NCBI GenBank assembly: GCA_963745835.1
Contig: CAVUZH010000022.1
Span: 419,441 to 483,440, forward strand
Direction of reading: 5' to 3'
Length of the DNA stretch: 64,000 bases
Source: an uncultured delta proteobacterium
GTDB lineage: Bacteria; Desulfobacterota; Binatia; UBA9968
Below the pieces are notes generated by a model. That model ran no database searches. It was given only the letters and a program-made list of their open reading frames with translations, and was not told the DNA's origin. The translations under genes and the position numbers were made by a program. Shown here piece after piece: positions 48,142-57,576 of the stretch (position 1 is its first letter; each line of letters opens with the position of its first letter).

Positions 48142-49968
48142 ATGAAATTCATACCCTCTTTGCTTTCTGCACTGGCGATATGGCTGATATTGGCGTGCCG
48201 CGCTTCAGCTATTCAAGTCGAAGAACTCGATCCAAGCCGCGAGTGGCGGGTGGAAAAAGTCGAGATTTCGGGCAACCAACGTTTTCCCGATAGCCAACTT
48301 CTCACGGAGATGGTAATCCAGGCACGCCCCTGGTATCGGTTCTGGGAAGAGCGGCCACTTTTCGACCCCGTCACGTTCGCCACCGACCTTGACCGGCTGC
48401 GGCGGTTTTATCAATCCGAGGGTTATTACAAAAGCCGAATAACTCACAACATCGATCCCGATGAGACGCGAAGCCTCGTGAGTCTCGAGATTTACGTGGA
48501 AGAGAATAGTCCCATCGTGATCTCACAGGTGCTTATAAAAGTAGGCGCTGAGCCGCCGGATTATCCGCCTTTACCGGAGAAATTTCCCATCACATCCACC
48601 GAGATTTTCCGCGAACAGAAGTATCAGGACGCGGAACTCTTCTTGCGAAATCATCTGATGGACAACGGCCATGCGCACGCCCAGACTCAACGCCGCGCCG
48701 AGCTAGATCTGGAACAAGATCAAGCTGTTGTCCGTTACTCGGCGCAGCCGGGACCGAAGACCGTATATGGTGACACCGAGATCAAGGGAACCGACCAGGT
48801 CGAGCCTTATTTGATTCGGAGAGAGCTTGCCTACGAGCCCGGCGAAATATTTTCGCTAAAAAAGATCCGGGAATCCCGCCAGCAAATCCTGGCGTTGGAT
48901 CTATTCAGCGCCCTCAGAATAAATCCCCAGGAGAGCGCTGGAACGTCGACGGTGGTTCCAATGGAAGTTCAGGTTACCGAAAAGCCGCCGCGCGAAATCA
49001 GTCTCGGATTGGGTTACAGCACTGAGGAGGAATTCCGCGTTTCACTGGATTGGCGCCATCAAAACTGGTTGGGTGACGGAAGGCGATTATGGATTCGAGG
49101 CAAATACTCTTCGATCGTCGCCAGCGGAGCCATCGATTTTATTCAGCCCCACTTTTTTACACGTCACACCCAGGCGGGACTAAACCTGCGCCACGCTGTG
49201 GAAGAAGAAGAAACGTTCAAGCGCACAGTAAGTCGATTCTCCGGCCGTCTTGAGCATCGCTTCTCCCCAAAGGTTCTCGGCTTTTTCGGCTACCGGGTCG
49301 AAAACAATGAACTGAGCGGTGTAGCGGACGCCACACCACAAGCCTTGGGAGAGATCAGAACGAAAGGTATTTTGACCGGTCCTTCATTGGGTTTGGTCTG
49401 GAACAGCACTGATGACGTATTCAATCCAACCCGAGGCGAGATCCTATCCTTCAACGCGGATCAAGCCGGCGGGATCTGGGGTGGCCCCTACGAATTCTTC
49501 AAGCTGACAGGCGAAGCGAAAAAGTACTTCCCAATAGGCTGGGACACGATCTTTGCCGGACGTCTAAAGTTGGGAGTCGCCGATGCAATCGGTTCAAAAA
49601 AGAACTATCCGTTGTTCGAGCGCTTCTTTGCCGGCGGCCAGGGCGGTGTCCGCGGCTACGGCAGGCGCCGGCTCGGCCCGCTCAACAGCGCCGACGAACC
49701 GCTCGGCGGTCTGAGCTTGATTGAAGGTTCCGTGGAAGTGCGTCGTCCGGTTTGGCGGGAGTTAGGAGGAGCCCTGTTCGTCGACTTCGGGCAGGTCTCG
49801 TTGAAATCATTCGATATTCCCGTTAACGATATCCAATTCTCAACGGGTTTCGGCCTGAGCTATAGCACGCCTGTGGGTCCATTGCGGCTAGATATCGGTT
49901 TTCCTTTCAACCCGCCGCGCGGCGACCGCGCTTGGCAAATTCATTTCAGTGTAGGGGCATCCTTCTAA
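48142..49968 (+). CDS. tamA: Omp85 family TamA-like outer membrane protein
   Basis: POTRA repeats, VRGY motif, TPVGPLRLD, terminal Phe; adjacent to tamB. Confidence 0.88.
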   Translation: MKFIPSLLSALAIWLILACRASAIQVEELDPSREWRVEKVEISGNQRFPDSQLLTEMVIQARPWYRFWEERPLFDPVTFATDLDRLRRFYQSEGYYKSRITHNIDPDETRSLVSLEIYVEENSPIVISQVLIKVGAEPPDYPPLPEKFPITSTEIFREQKYQDAELFLRNHLMDNGHAHAQTQRRAELDLEQDQAVVRYSAQPGPKTVYGDTEIKGTDQVEPYLIRRELAYEPGEIFSLKKIRESRQQILALDLFSALRINPQESAGTSTVVPMEVQVTEKPPREISLGLGYSTEEEFRVSLDWRHQNWLGDGRRLWIRGKYSSIVASGAIDFIQPHFFTRHTQAGLNLRHAVEEEETFKRTVSRFSGRLEHRFSPKVLGFFGYRVENNELSGVADATPQALGEIRTKGILTGPSLGLVWNSTDDVFNPTRGEILSFNADQAGGIWGGPYEFFKLTGEAKKYFPIGWDTIFAGRLKLGVADAIGSKKNYPLFERFFAGGQGGVRGYGRRRLGPLNSADEPLGGLSLIEGSVEVRRPVWRELGGALFVDFGQVSLKSFDIPVNDIQFSTGFGLSYSTPVGPLRLDIGFPFNPPRGDRAWQIHFSVGASF

Positions 49969-49969
49969 A

Positions 49970-52900
49970 ATGAGCAGATTGTTAGCCATCTTGTATCGCA
50001 TAGCCCTGAGCCTCGGGGTTTTGCTGCTGGTCTTGATCATCGCGGCGGCGATCATCACTCACACCGATCGCTTTCGTGAATTTGTCCGGGACAAACTGGT
50101 GACGGAGATCAACGATACGATCGTGGGCTCCGTCAGTTTAGGTCGAATCGACGGCTCTATCTGGGGCAATGTTATTCTGCGTGATGTTGTCGTACGGCAC
50201 GAAGGCGCTGAAATTCTCGAGGTGCCCGAACTAACGATTTCCTACTCACTATTCCCACTGATATGGGGTCGCTTGCACATTTTTCAACTCGCAGGAAGCC
50301 GGCCGACACTTCGTTTGAGACGTGATGAAGATAATCAGCTGAACATCGTGCAAGCTTTTTCCCCGAAGCAGCCACAGAACGAAGAAACCTCAGGGCTCGT
50401 TATGTTCTTGAATTCGGTCAGTTTACGAGAGGGACACATCGAACTGAGACTTGCAGGTCCGAAACCGCAAAACTACACCCTAGACAATTTAACTCTCGAC
50501 GGCCGGATTCATGCTCGCCCTAAAATGGTCACCATCGACCTTAGCCGCGTTGCCTCGAGCTTAAATTCACCAGGTTTGCCGGAGCTGAGTATCGATGGCG
50601 CCTTGGCCTACCGTGAAACTGACGGCACAGACACTTTTGAAGTGGCAAATCTCCTAGTGACGACCGGAAACTCGCGGGTCAAACTCAATGGAAAAATCAC
50701 CGACCTGCGAGCCACCAACTTGGACGTGAAAATCGCCGTTGAAAGGCTTGCCCCGCCCGACATTAGCCGTGTCTTTGCCGACTGGCCGATTAGACCAGAC
50801 GTCGTCGGTGATATCGCAGTCACCGGACCGCTCAACGCGTTGTCTTTCGACATCGATTTGGCGGCGGCGGGCGCTAAATTAGCGGCCAATCTTGAGCTCG
50901 AAGCGGCCGGCGAGACACCGCGTTACCGCGGAACGATTAACCTAAGCGGTTTTGATTTACCGACGTTGCTTGGCAGGAGTGATATCGGCGGCGTTGTAAG
51001 CGCGACTCTTGAGGGCGGCGGCATGGGTTTTTCCCTGGCTGGTCTCGATGCCAAAGGCGTGATTCGGATGCAGAATGCGGCTGTTCAAGGATGGGCCCTG
51101 GGAGAATTTTCCATGGATGGCCGAGTGCATGAGAGCCTTGCGCAGATCAATGGCAACTTAAAGAGCAAAATCGGTCTGGCTTCATGGCAAGGCGAAGTTT
51201 CTCTCAAGGAGAAACCTGCATACCAGCTCTCTCTTGGCGTGGAAAATCTCGACATACAAAAAGCGGCGGGCGATGAAAAGCAAATTGCAGGTAAGATCAG
51301 CCTCAAAGGCATTGTCAAAGGCGCCGGACTCAGCCCCAGCGACATGGTCGCCCGCGCGGAGCTAACGATCTTGCCGTCCACTATTGGACCCGTGGAAGTG
51401 CAACAAGGTTCTGTGGTTGCCAATCTCGCACAGCAACGACTTCAGATTCTCGAGGCAACGGCCAGGACTCAAGATGCAATGCTCACGGTGCAAGGCGATG
51501 TTGGTCTGGATCCAAAGCAAAACGGCAAACTGAACTATGTTGTTCGCTCAGCCAACCTAACACCGTGGCTCGCTTTAGCGAATCAGAAAGGTTCAGGTTC
51601 CATCGAGCTCACCGGCCGGGCCAGCGGCAATATTGCCGACCTGCAGTCACAAGGCACGATGAAGCTGGCGGGATTACGTCTGCAGGATACGACAATCAAG
51701 AGCGGCAGCATCGATTTTGACCTCCGCCTCGCCGGTCCGCAGTCCCTGCCGCAAGGAACCATGAAGGTTCGACTCGCTGAAATCCAAGCAGGCATCTCCC
51801 TGCAAAGACTCGACGGTTCGATCGGACTCTCCTCTAACAAAAATTATGAAATCGGGATCGACGTGAAAGCCATGGATCAGGCCAAGCGCGCGCATATTCT
51901 CGCCGGCCAAGTGGAGTATCAGCCCCAACTTATCGTCGCCCGCCTGGATCGGATCGCGGTGACTCTCGATGACGGAGTCTGGCAGCTCTCCCGACCGGCA
52001 ACGATCACCGCAGGCGGCGATAACTTCGACATAGAGGGTTTGGTCTTAAGAAATCGGCTCCAGCAGATAGCGCTCAACGGCCGATTCGCCATCAGCGGCA
52101 AACAGGATCTCACCGTCACGGTGGAAGGGTTGCCGATTAGCGCAGTCTCCGCATTTTTACCCAAGCCGCTTCCCATGAGCGGGACTTTGAATATGCGTGC
52201 TCAGGTCACCGGAACGGCAGCGACGCCGGAAATTACCGCATCAGCGAATCTGACCGATGGTAGCATCGGCGGACAAAGCTACGGCGGCGTTATCGGTGAG
52301 ATCGCCTACAGATCTCCGAGCGCAGATATCAAGTTGACCGTACGCCAGGACGCCGATCATGTATTGACCGCAAACGGCACGATTCCGCTCATTCTGAGAT
52401 GGAGCCCTCAGTGGCAAGCAGAAACTACCGGAGACATGGATCTGCGCGTTCAATCAAGTGGTTTGAGCATCGCTTTTTTAAACGCGTTCAGTGGCGAGGC
52501 GGCGCAGAGCATAGCAGGTACCATCGCATTGGATGTCACTGCCCAAGGCCCGATGACCAAGCCCATACTTCGCGGCACATTTCAGCTGCAAGACGGAGGC
52601 GTGGCGATTAAGCCGCTTGGCGTGCAGATTGCGGCGATCAATGCAGACGGAAAATTCGATGGACAGACTGTTTCGCTGCGCCAGATTTCGGCCCGCGCCA
52701 AAGAGGGAAGTTTAAACGGCAGCGGTACTCTGTCTTTGAAAGATTATAGCCCGGAGGACTTCAAGGTTTCACTGGCCCTTTCTCGCTGGCCAGCGATCGA
52801 GACACAACAATACCGAGCAACGGTGGCGGGCAATATCGAAGCGCAGGGACCTCTGGGAAAACCTTCATTGAAGGGCCAGATCGAAGTGCTCAATGCCGAA

Positions 52901-53767
52901 CTGCGCCCGGATTTAGCTTTTCTGAGCCGTGGTAAGAGACCGCTCACGCGGGATGAAACCATCGTCATCGTCCGCGGTGAACAACGCGAACAGGCGCAGA
53001 CCCAAGAGAACAAGACCGCGCGACCAGCCGAGAATGAACTGTTGAAAAACGCCAGAGTGGATTTGTCAGTGGTCGTGCCGAATCAGGCGTGGATCCGACA
53101 TCCGGAAGCCAACGTGGAGCTAAGCGGAAAATTACGGGCCGTAAAAGAACCCGGAAAAGAGATTAGTCTGATAGGGACAATCACCGCCGTACGGGGATGG
53201 ATCAGTTTTCAAGGCAAGCGCTTCAATCTGATTCGCGGCGAGGTGGCGTTTAGAGGCGATGAAACACTCAATCCCGCGCTCGATATCGTAGCGCAATACC
53301 GTTTACCGCAATACCAAGTTGAAGTCATTGTCACTGGCACTGTGGACAAACCTGTTCTGACGCTGCGAAGCGAGCCGGCATTGGAGCAAGCCGATATTCT
53401 TGCGGTCCTGCTCTTTGGCAAGCCGCTCAATAGTTTGAACCGAAACGAACAGGATACATTGCAGCAAAGCGCGGCCGAGATGGCTGGCGGATTTGCGGCG
53501 GAGAAAGTTGCAGAGGCGCTGTCTGAGGCGCTGGGATTGGACAGATTAGGACTCGATCTCGGTGAGATCGACACTGGCGGTGGTCAGATCGGCTTGCGCA
53601 GGTATATAGGCAGCCGCACCTACATTTCCATCTCTCAAGATTTATCGGGAGAAGCCGGACAGGAAGTTTCGATAGAGTACCAGATCGGACCCGATTGGAA
53701 GATCACCAGCTCGACGTCCACCACTGGATCAAGCGGCGTTGGCATTCTCTGGCACAAAAGATACTAA
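49970..53767 (+). CDS. tamB: Translocation/assembly module TamB (DUF490)
   Basis: N-terminal TM, long beta-rich body, NPALDI.A, S.P.L.Q.DIL..LLFG, terminal KRY. Confidence 0.9.
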   Translation: MSRLLAILYRIALSLGVLLLVLIIAAAIITHTDRFREFVRDKLVTEINDTIVGSVSLGRIDGSIWGNVILRDVVVRHEGAEILEVPELTISYSLFPLIWGRLHIFQLAGSRPTLRLRRDEDNQLNIVQAFSPKQPQNEETSGLVMFLNSVSLREGHIELRLAGPKPQNYTLDNLTLDGRIHARPKMVTIDLSRVASSLNSPGLPELSIDGALAYRETDGTDTFEVANLLVTTGNSRVKLNGKITDLRATNLDVKIAVERLAPPDISRVFADWPIRPDVVGDIAVTGPLNALSFDIDLAAAGAKLAANLELEAAGETPRYRGTINLSGFDLPTLLGRSDIGGVVSATLEGGGMGFSLAGLDAKGVIRMQNAAVQGWALGEFSMDGRVHESLAQINGNLKSKIGLASWQGEVSLKEKPAYQLSLGVENLDIQKAAGDEKQIAGKISLKGIVKGAGLSPSDMVARAELTILPSTIGPVEVQQGSVVANLAQQRLQILEATARTQDAMLTVQGDVGLDPKQNGKLNYVVRSANLTPWLALANQKGSGSIELTGRASGNIADLQSQGTMKLAGLRLQDTTIKSGSIDFDLRLAGPQSLPQGTMKVRLAEIQAGISLQRLDGSIGLSSNKNYEIGIDVKAMDQAKRAHILAGQVEYQPQLIVARLDRIAVTLDDGVWQLSRPATITAGGDNFDIEGLVLRNRLQQIALNGRFAISGKQDLTVTVEGLPISAVSAFLPKPLPMSGTLNMRAQVTGTAATPEITASANLTDGSIGGQSYGGVIGEIAYRSPSADIKLTVRQDADHVLTANGTIPLILRWSPQWQAETTGDMDLRVQSSGLSIAFLNAFSGEAAQSIAGTIALDVTAQGPMTKPILRGTFQLQDGGVAIKPLGVQIAAINADGKFDGQTVSLRQISARAKEGSLNGSGTLSLKDYSPEDFKVSLALSRWPAIETQQYRATVAGNIEAQGPLGKPSLKGQIEVLNAELRPDLAFLSRGKRPLTRDETIVIVRGEQREQAQTQENKTARPAENELLKNARVDLSVVVPNQAWIRHPEANVELSGKLRAVKEPGKEISLIGTITAVRGWISFQGKRFNLIRGEVAFRGDETLNPALDIVAQYRLPQYQVEVIVTGTVDKPVLTLRSEPALEQADILAVLLFGKPLNSLNRNEQDTLQQSAAEMAGGFAAEKVAEALSEALGLDRLGLDLGEIDTGGGQIGLRRYIGSRTYISISQDLSGEAGQEVSIEYQIGPDWKITSSTSTTGSSGVGILWHKRY

Positions 53768-54031
53768 GCAGATGCGGCGGTGGAGTTTGCAGCGCTGGTC
53801 CATCATAATCCGCAGCTCAGTAGGGCTGCTAAGACGTTGACATGTGAAAAATGCCGCGTTGTTACCTCGCGCTTGTTTAGCAATCAACCGATCGACGGTG
53901 AGAAGATTGAATTGAAGCGTCGTTCAGTTCAATCTCAGGCTGAATCTGCTCTTCCCCTCAACGAATACCTTCCGCTGTAAATCTCACTTTTCACTGCTAC
54001 CGCACGCACGATACATAACGAATACCGTGCG

Positions 54032-54130
54032 ATGATGAAAGCTGGTGTCTCATCAATTCTAGTACTGCTTACAGTTGCAGTCATAGCCGAGGCGCAGCAG
54101 CCGGATTCAAGACGTCGAAAGCGAGCGTGA
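54032..54130 (+). pseudogene. Signal-peptide stub of an ABC substrate-binding-type protein
   Basis: MMKAGVSSILVLLTVAVIAEAQQP, then an abrupt stop 8 codons later. Confidence 0.5.
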
Positions 54131-54282
54131 TTATCGCGATCGCAACGCCGACAGTTCTTTTCACCAAATTACTTCTAATTGTCTTTCTCCTTCAGGTTTC
54201 GGATTGCCCAGTACCGAGGTCGGGTGTGGAGTGTGGACTGTTATTTTTCTTCACACCCTCGGCGCTCGTCCCTCGACCCTTC

Positions 54283-55662
54283 TCAGAACACCATCTGCAG
54301 CCGCAAGCCTAAGATGGTCGAGGTTTCGATACTTTTCCGACTGGCGATGAAGGGTAGACCCAAGGGTCCGGGAAGGTTGCCGATGGTGATCTTTTCTTTC
54401 TGCGCGCCTCTAACGATTTGGATGTCCGGCGTTAGCTGCAGCCATGGCGTGATCGCGACGTTGTAGAAAGCTTCGAACCCGTACTCGTCGCGCAACAACT
54501 TCGTGGTTTGAAACAGGCCCTGAAGTTTCGGGTTCTTGACGTCGATGTAGTAAAAGCCGAATCCGTAACGGTCGCGTTCACGGCTCGGGATAACGCCTTT
54601 GCCGCCAATCCCCAGACTGTAGAAAAAATGCATGAAGTTAGGATCACCGTCCGAAGCGCCAAAGCGTCCGAAGACGCCGATGCCTTCTCCGGAAGCTTTC
54701 CTCGGTTCATAGAAGTACTGATCGAAATTGTAAAAAACGTTCCACGAGCCTTTCTCCTCTTCGAATGCGCCGTTCTCGAATATGAAGCGTGCGTTCTGAT
54801 CGATCGAAGTGAATTTCCGGTTTGAATAAGTCGCGCCTAAAAGCTGATGCCCGGTGAGGCCGAAAAAGTCGGTCCTCACGCGGCCCTCACCGGCAAAGGT
54901 CAAATTGTCATCGTTCAAGTCATCGAAGCCGCTGGTGCTCGCCTCGCCGGTAGATGACATTACAAACAAGCTCACAATCGCCGCGTGCGGGTCTTTGGTC
55001 GGCAATACGATCAGGCCCGTGCCCAATGTCGAGTAAGGCATTGTCACAGACATCATCGGATTGAAGTTCAATGCGGCGTTCATGAACTGGGTGTCGCCTT
55101 TGCCATGAGCAAACTCGTTCATATCTCCGGAGGTGGAGGTGATAGTGGCGTACTTCCCGATAGAGAAGCCGAAGTAAGGCGACAGAAATTGGGTAAAATT
55201 CAAAGCGGGGAGGTTGAAGTTGTCGCCGGCCGTAGTGGGAAAAAATTGATTGCTGTTCACCGGCATGAGTGCGCCGGTTTTGCCGTTGATCGATTTCGGA
55301 ATAGTGTCGGCCGGAGTAAAATTCCCTTCAACCTCCACGTTTAGAAATCCTCCGGGCCAAAGGCCGAGTTTCTGCGTGTCTAGATTTAGGATGATGTCGC
55401 CGCGCCCGCCGCCGTATTGCCAGCCGGTGTCTTTGCCGCCATGAACAATGCCTTGCGCCGCCTGAGTCAAGCTCATGTCGAGGGTGACGCCTCTGGCAGC
55501 CAACTCGTTGCGCAGTCCGCCCCAGTCGCCGGTCAGCGTAGAGCGCTGCCAGAAATCGCCGGAGTACGCAGTCGCAGGCGGAGCCTCCTGCGCTTCGACC
55601 TTAACGACAAGAGAAATTACGACCAGAAATAACAACGCCCCGACAACTCTGGATGTTTTCAT
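54283..55662 (-). CDS. OprB-family carbohydrate-selective porin
   Basis: Signal peptide, LTGDWGG.R..LA..G, EAFYN..ITPW..LTPD.Q, terminal Phe. Confidence 0.92.
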   Translation of the reverse strand: MKTSRVVGALLFLVVISLVVKVEAQEAPPATAYSGDFWQRSTLTGDWGGLRNELAARGVTLDMSLTQAAQGIVHGGKDTGWQYGGGRGDIILNLDTQKLGLWPGGFLNVEVEGNFTPADTIPKSINGKTGALMPVNSNQFFPTTAGDNFNLPALNFTQFLSPYFGFSIGKYATITSTSGDMNEFAHGKGDTQFMNAALNFNPMMSVTMPYSTLGTGLIVLPTKDPHAAIVSLFVMSSTGEASTSGFDDLNDDNLTFAGEGRVRTDFFGLTGHQLLGATYSNRKFTSIDQNARFIFENGAFEEEKGSWNVFYNFDQYFYEPRKASGEGIGVFGRFGASDGDPNFMHFFYSLGIGGKGVIPSRERDRYGFGFYYIDVKNPKLQGLFQTTKLLRDEYGFEAFYNVAITPWLQLTPDIQIVRGAQKEKITIGNLPGPLGLPFIASRKSIETSTILGLRLQMVF

Positions 55663-56006
55663 TAATATGACTCCTTTGCCCCATCAATTAGTTTTTCGCT
55701 GCCCTCCATTTGTTCACTTCACCTCGATCGTGACCTTGTTGATCTTGCCGGTCAGCCGTTGTCGCCCTGCTTATAGTGGTTGGACACATTGGTTTCGCCG
55801 ACGGCCCAACAAACATTTAACGCAGGCGGCCGATTGGAATAATAATTGGGAGAACTGGGAGATTCTGGAATGCCGAGGCCCTCATCCAACCAGGCACCCA
55901 CGATCCAAATTTCCAACATTGCAGCATTCCACTCTGTACTTGACGCCTGACACCCTGAGCCCGCAGTCTCCCAGGCAGACTCTTTATCCGTCGTTCAGCT
56001 TCCGCG

Positions 56007-56398
56007 GCGTTGAAATTCGGCTAGACATTACGAGATTAGGTCTAGGCTTCGGCCAAACTGAGCCGGCGAGACTCGAACTCCGGACTCGCTGATTAACAGT
56101 CAATGCAGAGCGGACGAAAAACCGATCATAAACAAGAACGCCCAACCATTTCGAGGCCCGCGCTTGCTTTGTCTTCGACAATGGAAGGTGTATGTTCTGC
56201 CCAGCTTCAGGTACAAAACAAGCACAGCCGAGAAAGTCAGAGGCAGAACGGTGGATGCTACTATCGTCGGGATTATCGTGTTCACATGTACGTTCGCGGG
56301 CGCGCTCCTCGGAATGAGGTTGGGTACCGCCTTGCCAGAACATTGGCTCGCTGAGTCGAGTGAAACGGTGAAGGTTGGCATTGGGCTGATCGCCACGA
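56007..56398 (+). repeat. Copy 1 of a ~390-bp direct duplication (copy 2 at 59760-60154)
   Basis: Near-identical sequence, roughly 90-95% by eye, with 3 small indels. Confidence 0.95.
56058..56102 (-). other. Degenerate 3' half of tRNA-Asn(GTT), att-like scar (copy 1)
   Basis: TGA-CTGTTAA-TCAGC anticodon arm, GTTCGAGTC T-loop, CGGCTCA-G acceptor end; no D-arm. Confidence 0.75.
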
Positions 56399-56424
56399 GT
56401 CAATTTACTGATTCGAACACATAA
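56251..56424 (+). pseudogene. Truncated 5' copy of the DUF4239 gene
   Basis: Matches the first ~49 codons of 60007-60771, then diverges after GLIAT. Confidence 0.9.
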
Positions 56425-56545
56425 TACAAATAGTTCTGGCAAAGTTTGTGGCAAAGTCACGGCACAAAAAGGTACAAATCACCATGGCCGGTGACAAGTT
56501 GCATTTGGTTTAGAATTTTTCCTAGCTGCGACCAGCAGTTCGACT

Positions 56546-57469
56546 CTAAAGTCCCGCGCCCCAACGGAATTGCCAGACCATCCCCACCAAGTCGAAGTCG
56601 CTGCCGGTCTTCGTATAAACATCCGTGCTGCCGTAGAGTTTGACCGAGTTATACCGGTTAACCGGCAGGGTCAAGGTAAGGCCCACGCGGGCGTTCGCGA
56701 GGGTTTCGTCTTTTTTTCCGTCGATGGTCGGGCGCCCGCCGGTATAGTAGAGACCATCGAGCCCCACCCATATCCCTGGAGTAAAGGAGTAAATGAGATG
56801 TCCCTGCACAGAATAGATCGGGCTGACTTGCAGAGTTTGGCCGTCGAGAAAGTCGTTATTGTCAGTGTAGAAACGTACCCCGGTGGCGAGCTCCAAGGTC
56901 AACGGTCCAATTGTCTTGGAGACTCCGACCTCCGGCTTGAAGGACCAACGGTTGGTGCCGATGTTTAGCAGTTTGTCGGAGTCGTACTGCCCGAGGGGAG
57001 CAGTCACCTCAAGCATCGTTCCAATGATCAGATCCGGCTGGAAGTCGCGAAACTCGTCCAGCGAAAGCGACGGACCCCCGTAGAGCAGCATCGAAAAACG
57101 GAACCTCGGATCGCCGAGTCCGGAAACATCCCGCTTGCGCGGCTGCCCGGCTAGTTTGGCGCTTCCAGATGCCCAAGTATAGGGTAATATCACGTCGAAT
57201 TTCCCCGACCGGCCCCACAAGTCCATCGTCCGCACGTAGGCAAGCACGGCGCTGTTAAGCGTAACCTCGGTATCTTCCAGTGGCACCGACGGGTCCGTGC
57301 CCAGAGTGCCTTTCGAATACACATACCCGCCGATCAAGAAGTTGAGCCCGACCGGCGTATTCGCGAACGCCCTCGGTTCGAGATCCTGGGCGTGGGTCTC
57401 GACGCTCACAGCCGCCAGCGCAACGATCAGCCAGCCAAAAACGGAGAGCCTACGAAAGCGCGCCGGCAT
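56546..57469 (-). CDS. Outer-membrane beta-barrel transporter (MetA-pathway phenol degradation/SphA-like)
   Basis: Signal peptide, QDLEPRAF.N.PVG, P.GQYD.DK..NIGTNRW.FKPE.G. Confidence 0.85.
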   Translation of the reverse strand: MPARFRRLSVFGWLIVALAAVSVETHAQDLEPRAFANTPVGLNFLIGGYVYSKGTLGTDPSVPLEDTEVTLNSAVLAYVRTMDLWGRSGKFDVILPYTWASGSAKLAGQPRKRDVSGLGDPRFRFSMLLYGGPSLSLDEFRDFQPDLIIGTMLEVTAPLGQYDSDKLLNIGTNRWSFKPEVGVSKTIGPLTLELATGVRFYTDNNDFLDGQTLQVSPIYSVQGHLIYSFTPGIWVGLDGLYYTGGRPTIDGKKDETLANARVGLTLTLPVNRYNSVKLYGSTDVYTKTGSDFDLVGMVWQFRWGAGL

Positions 57470-57576
57470 AGCCCCTGCATCGCTCCCCAGGGTGTACAGA
57501 TAGAAGTTCGGCGCGCTGCTTCGATGATTCCGGCATACGACTCTGTGGAGTGACTGGAGCGCGCGCACGTTCGGCT

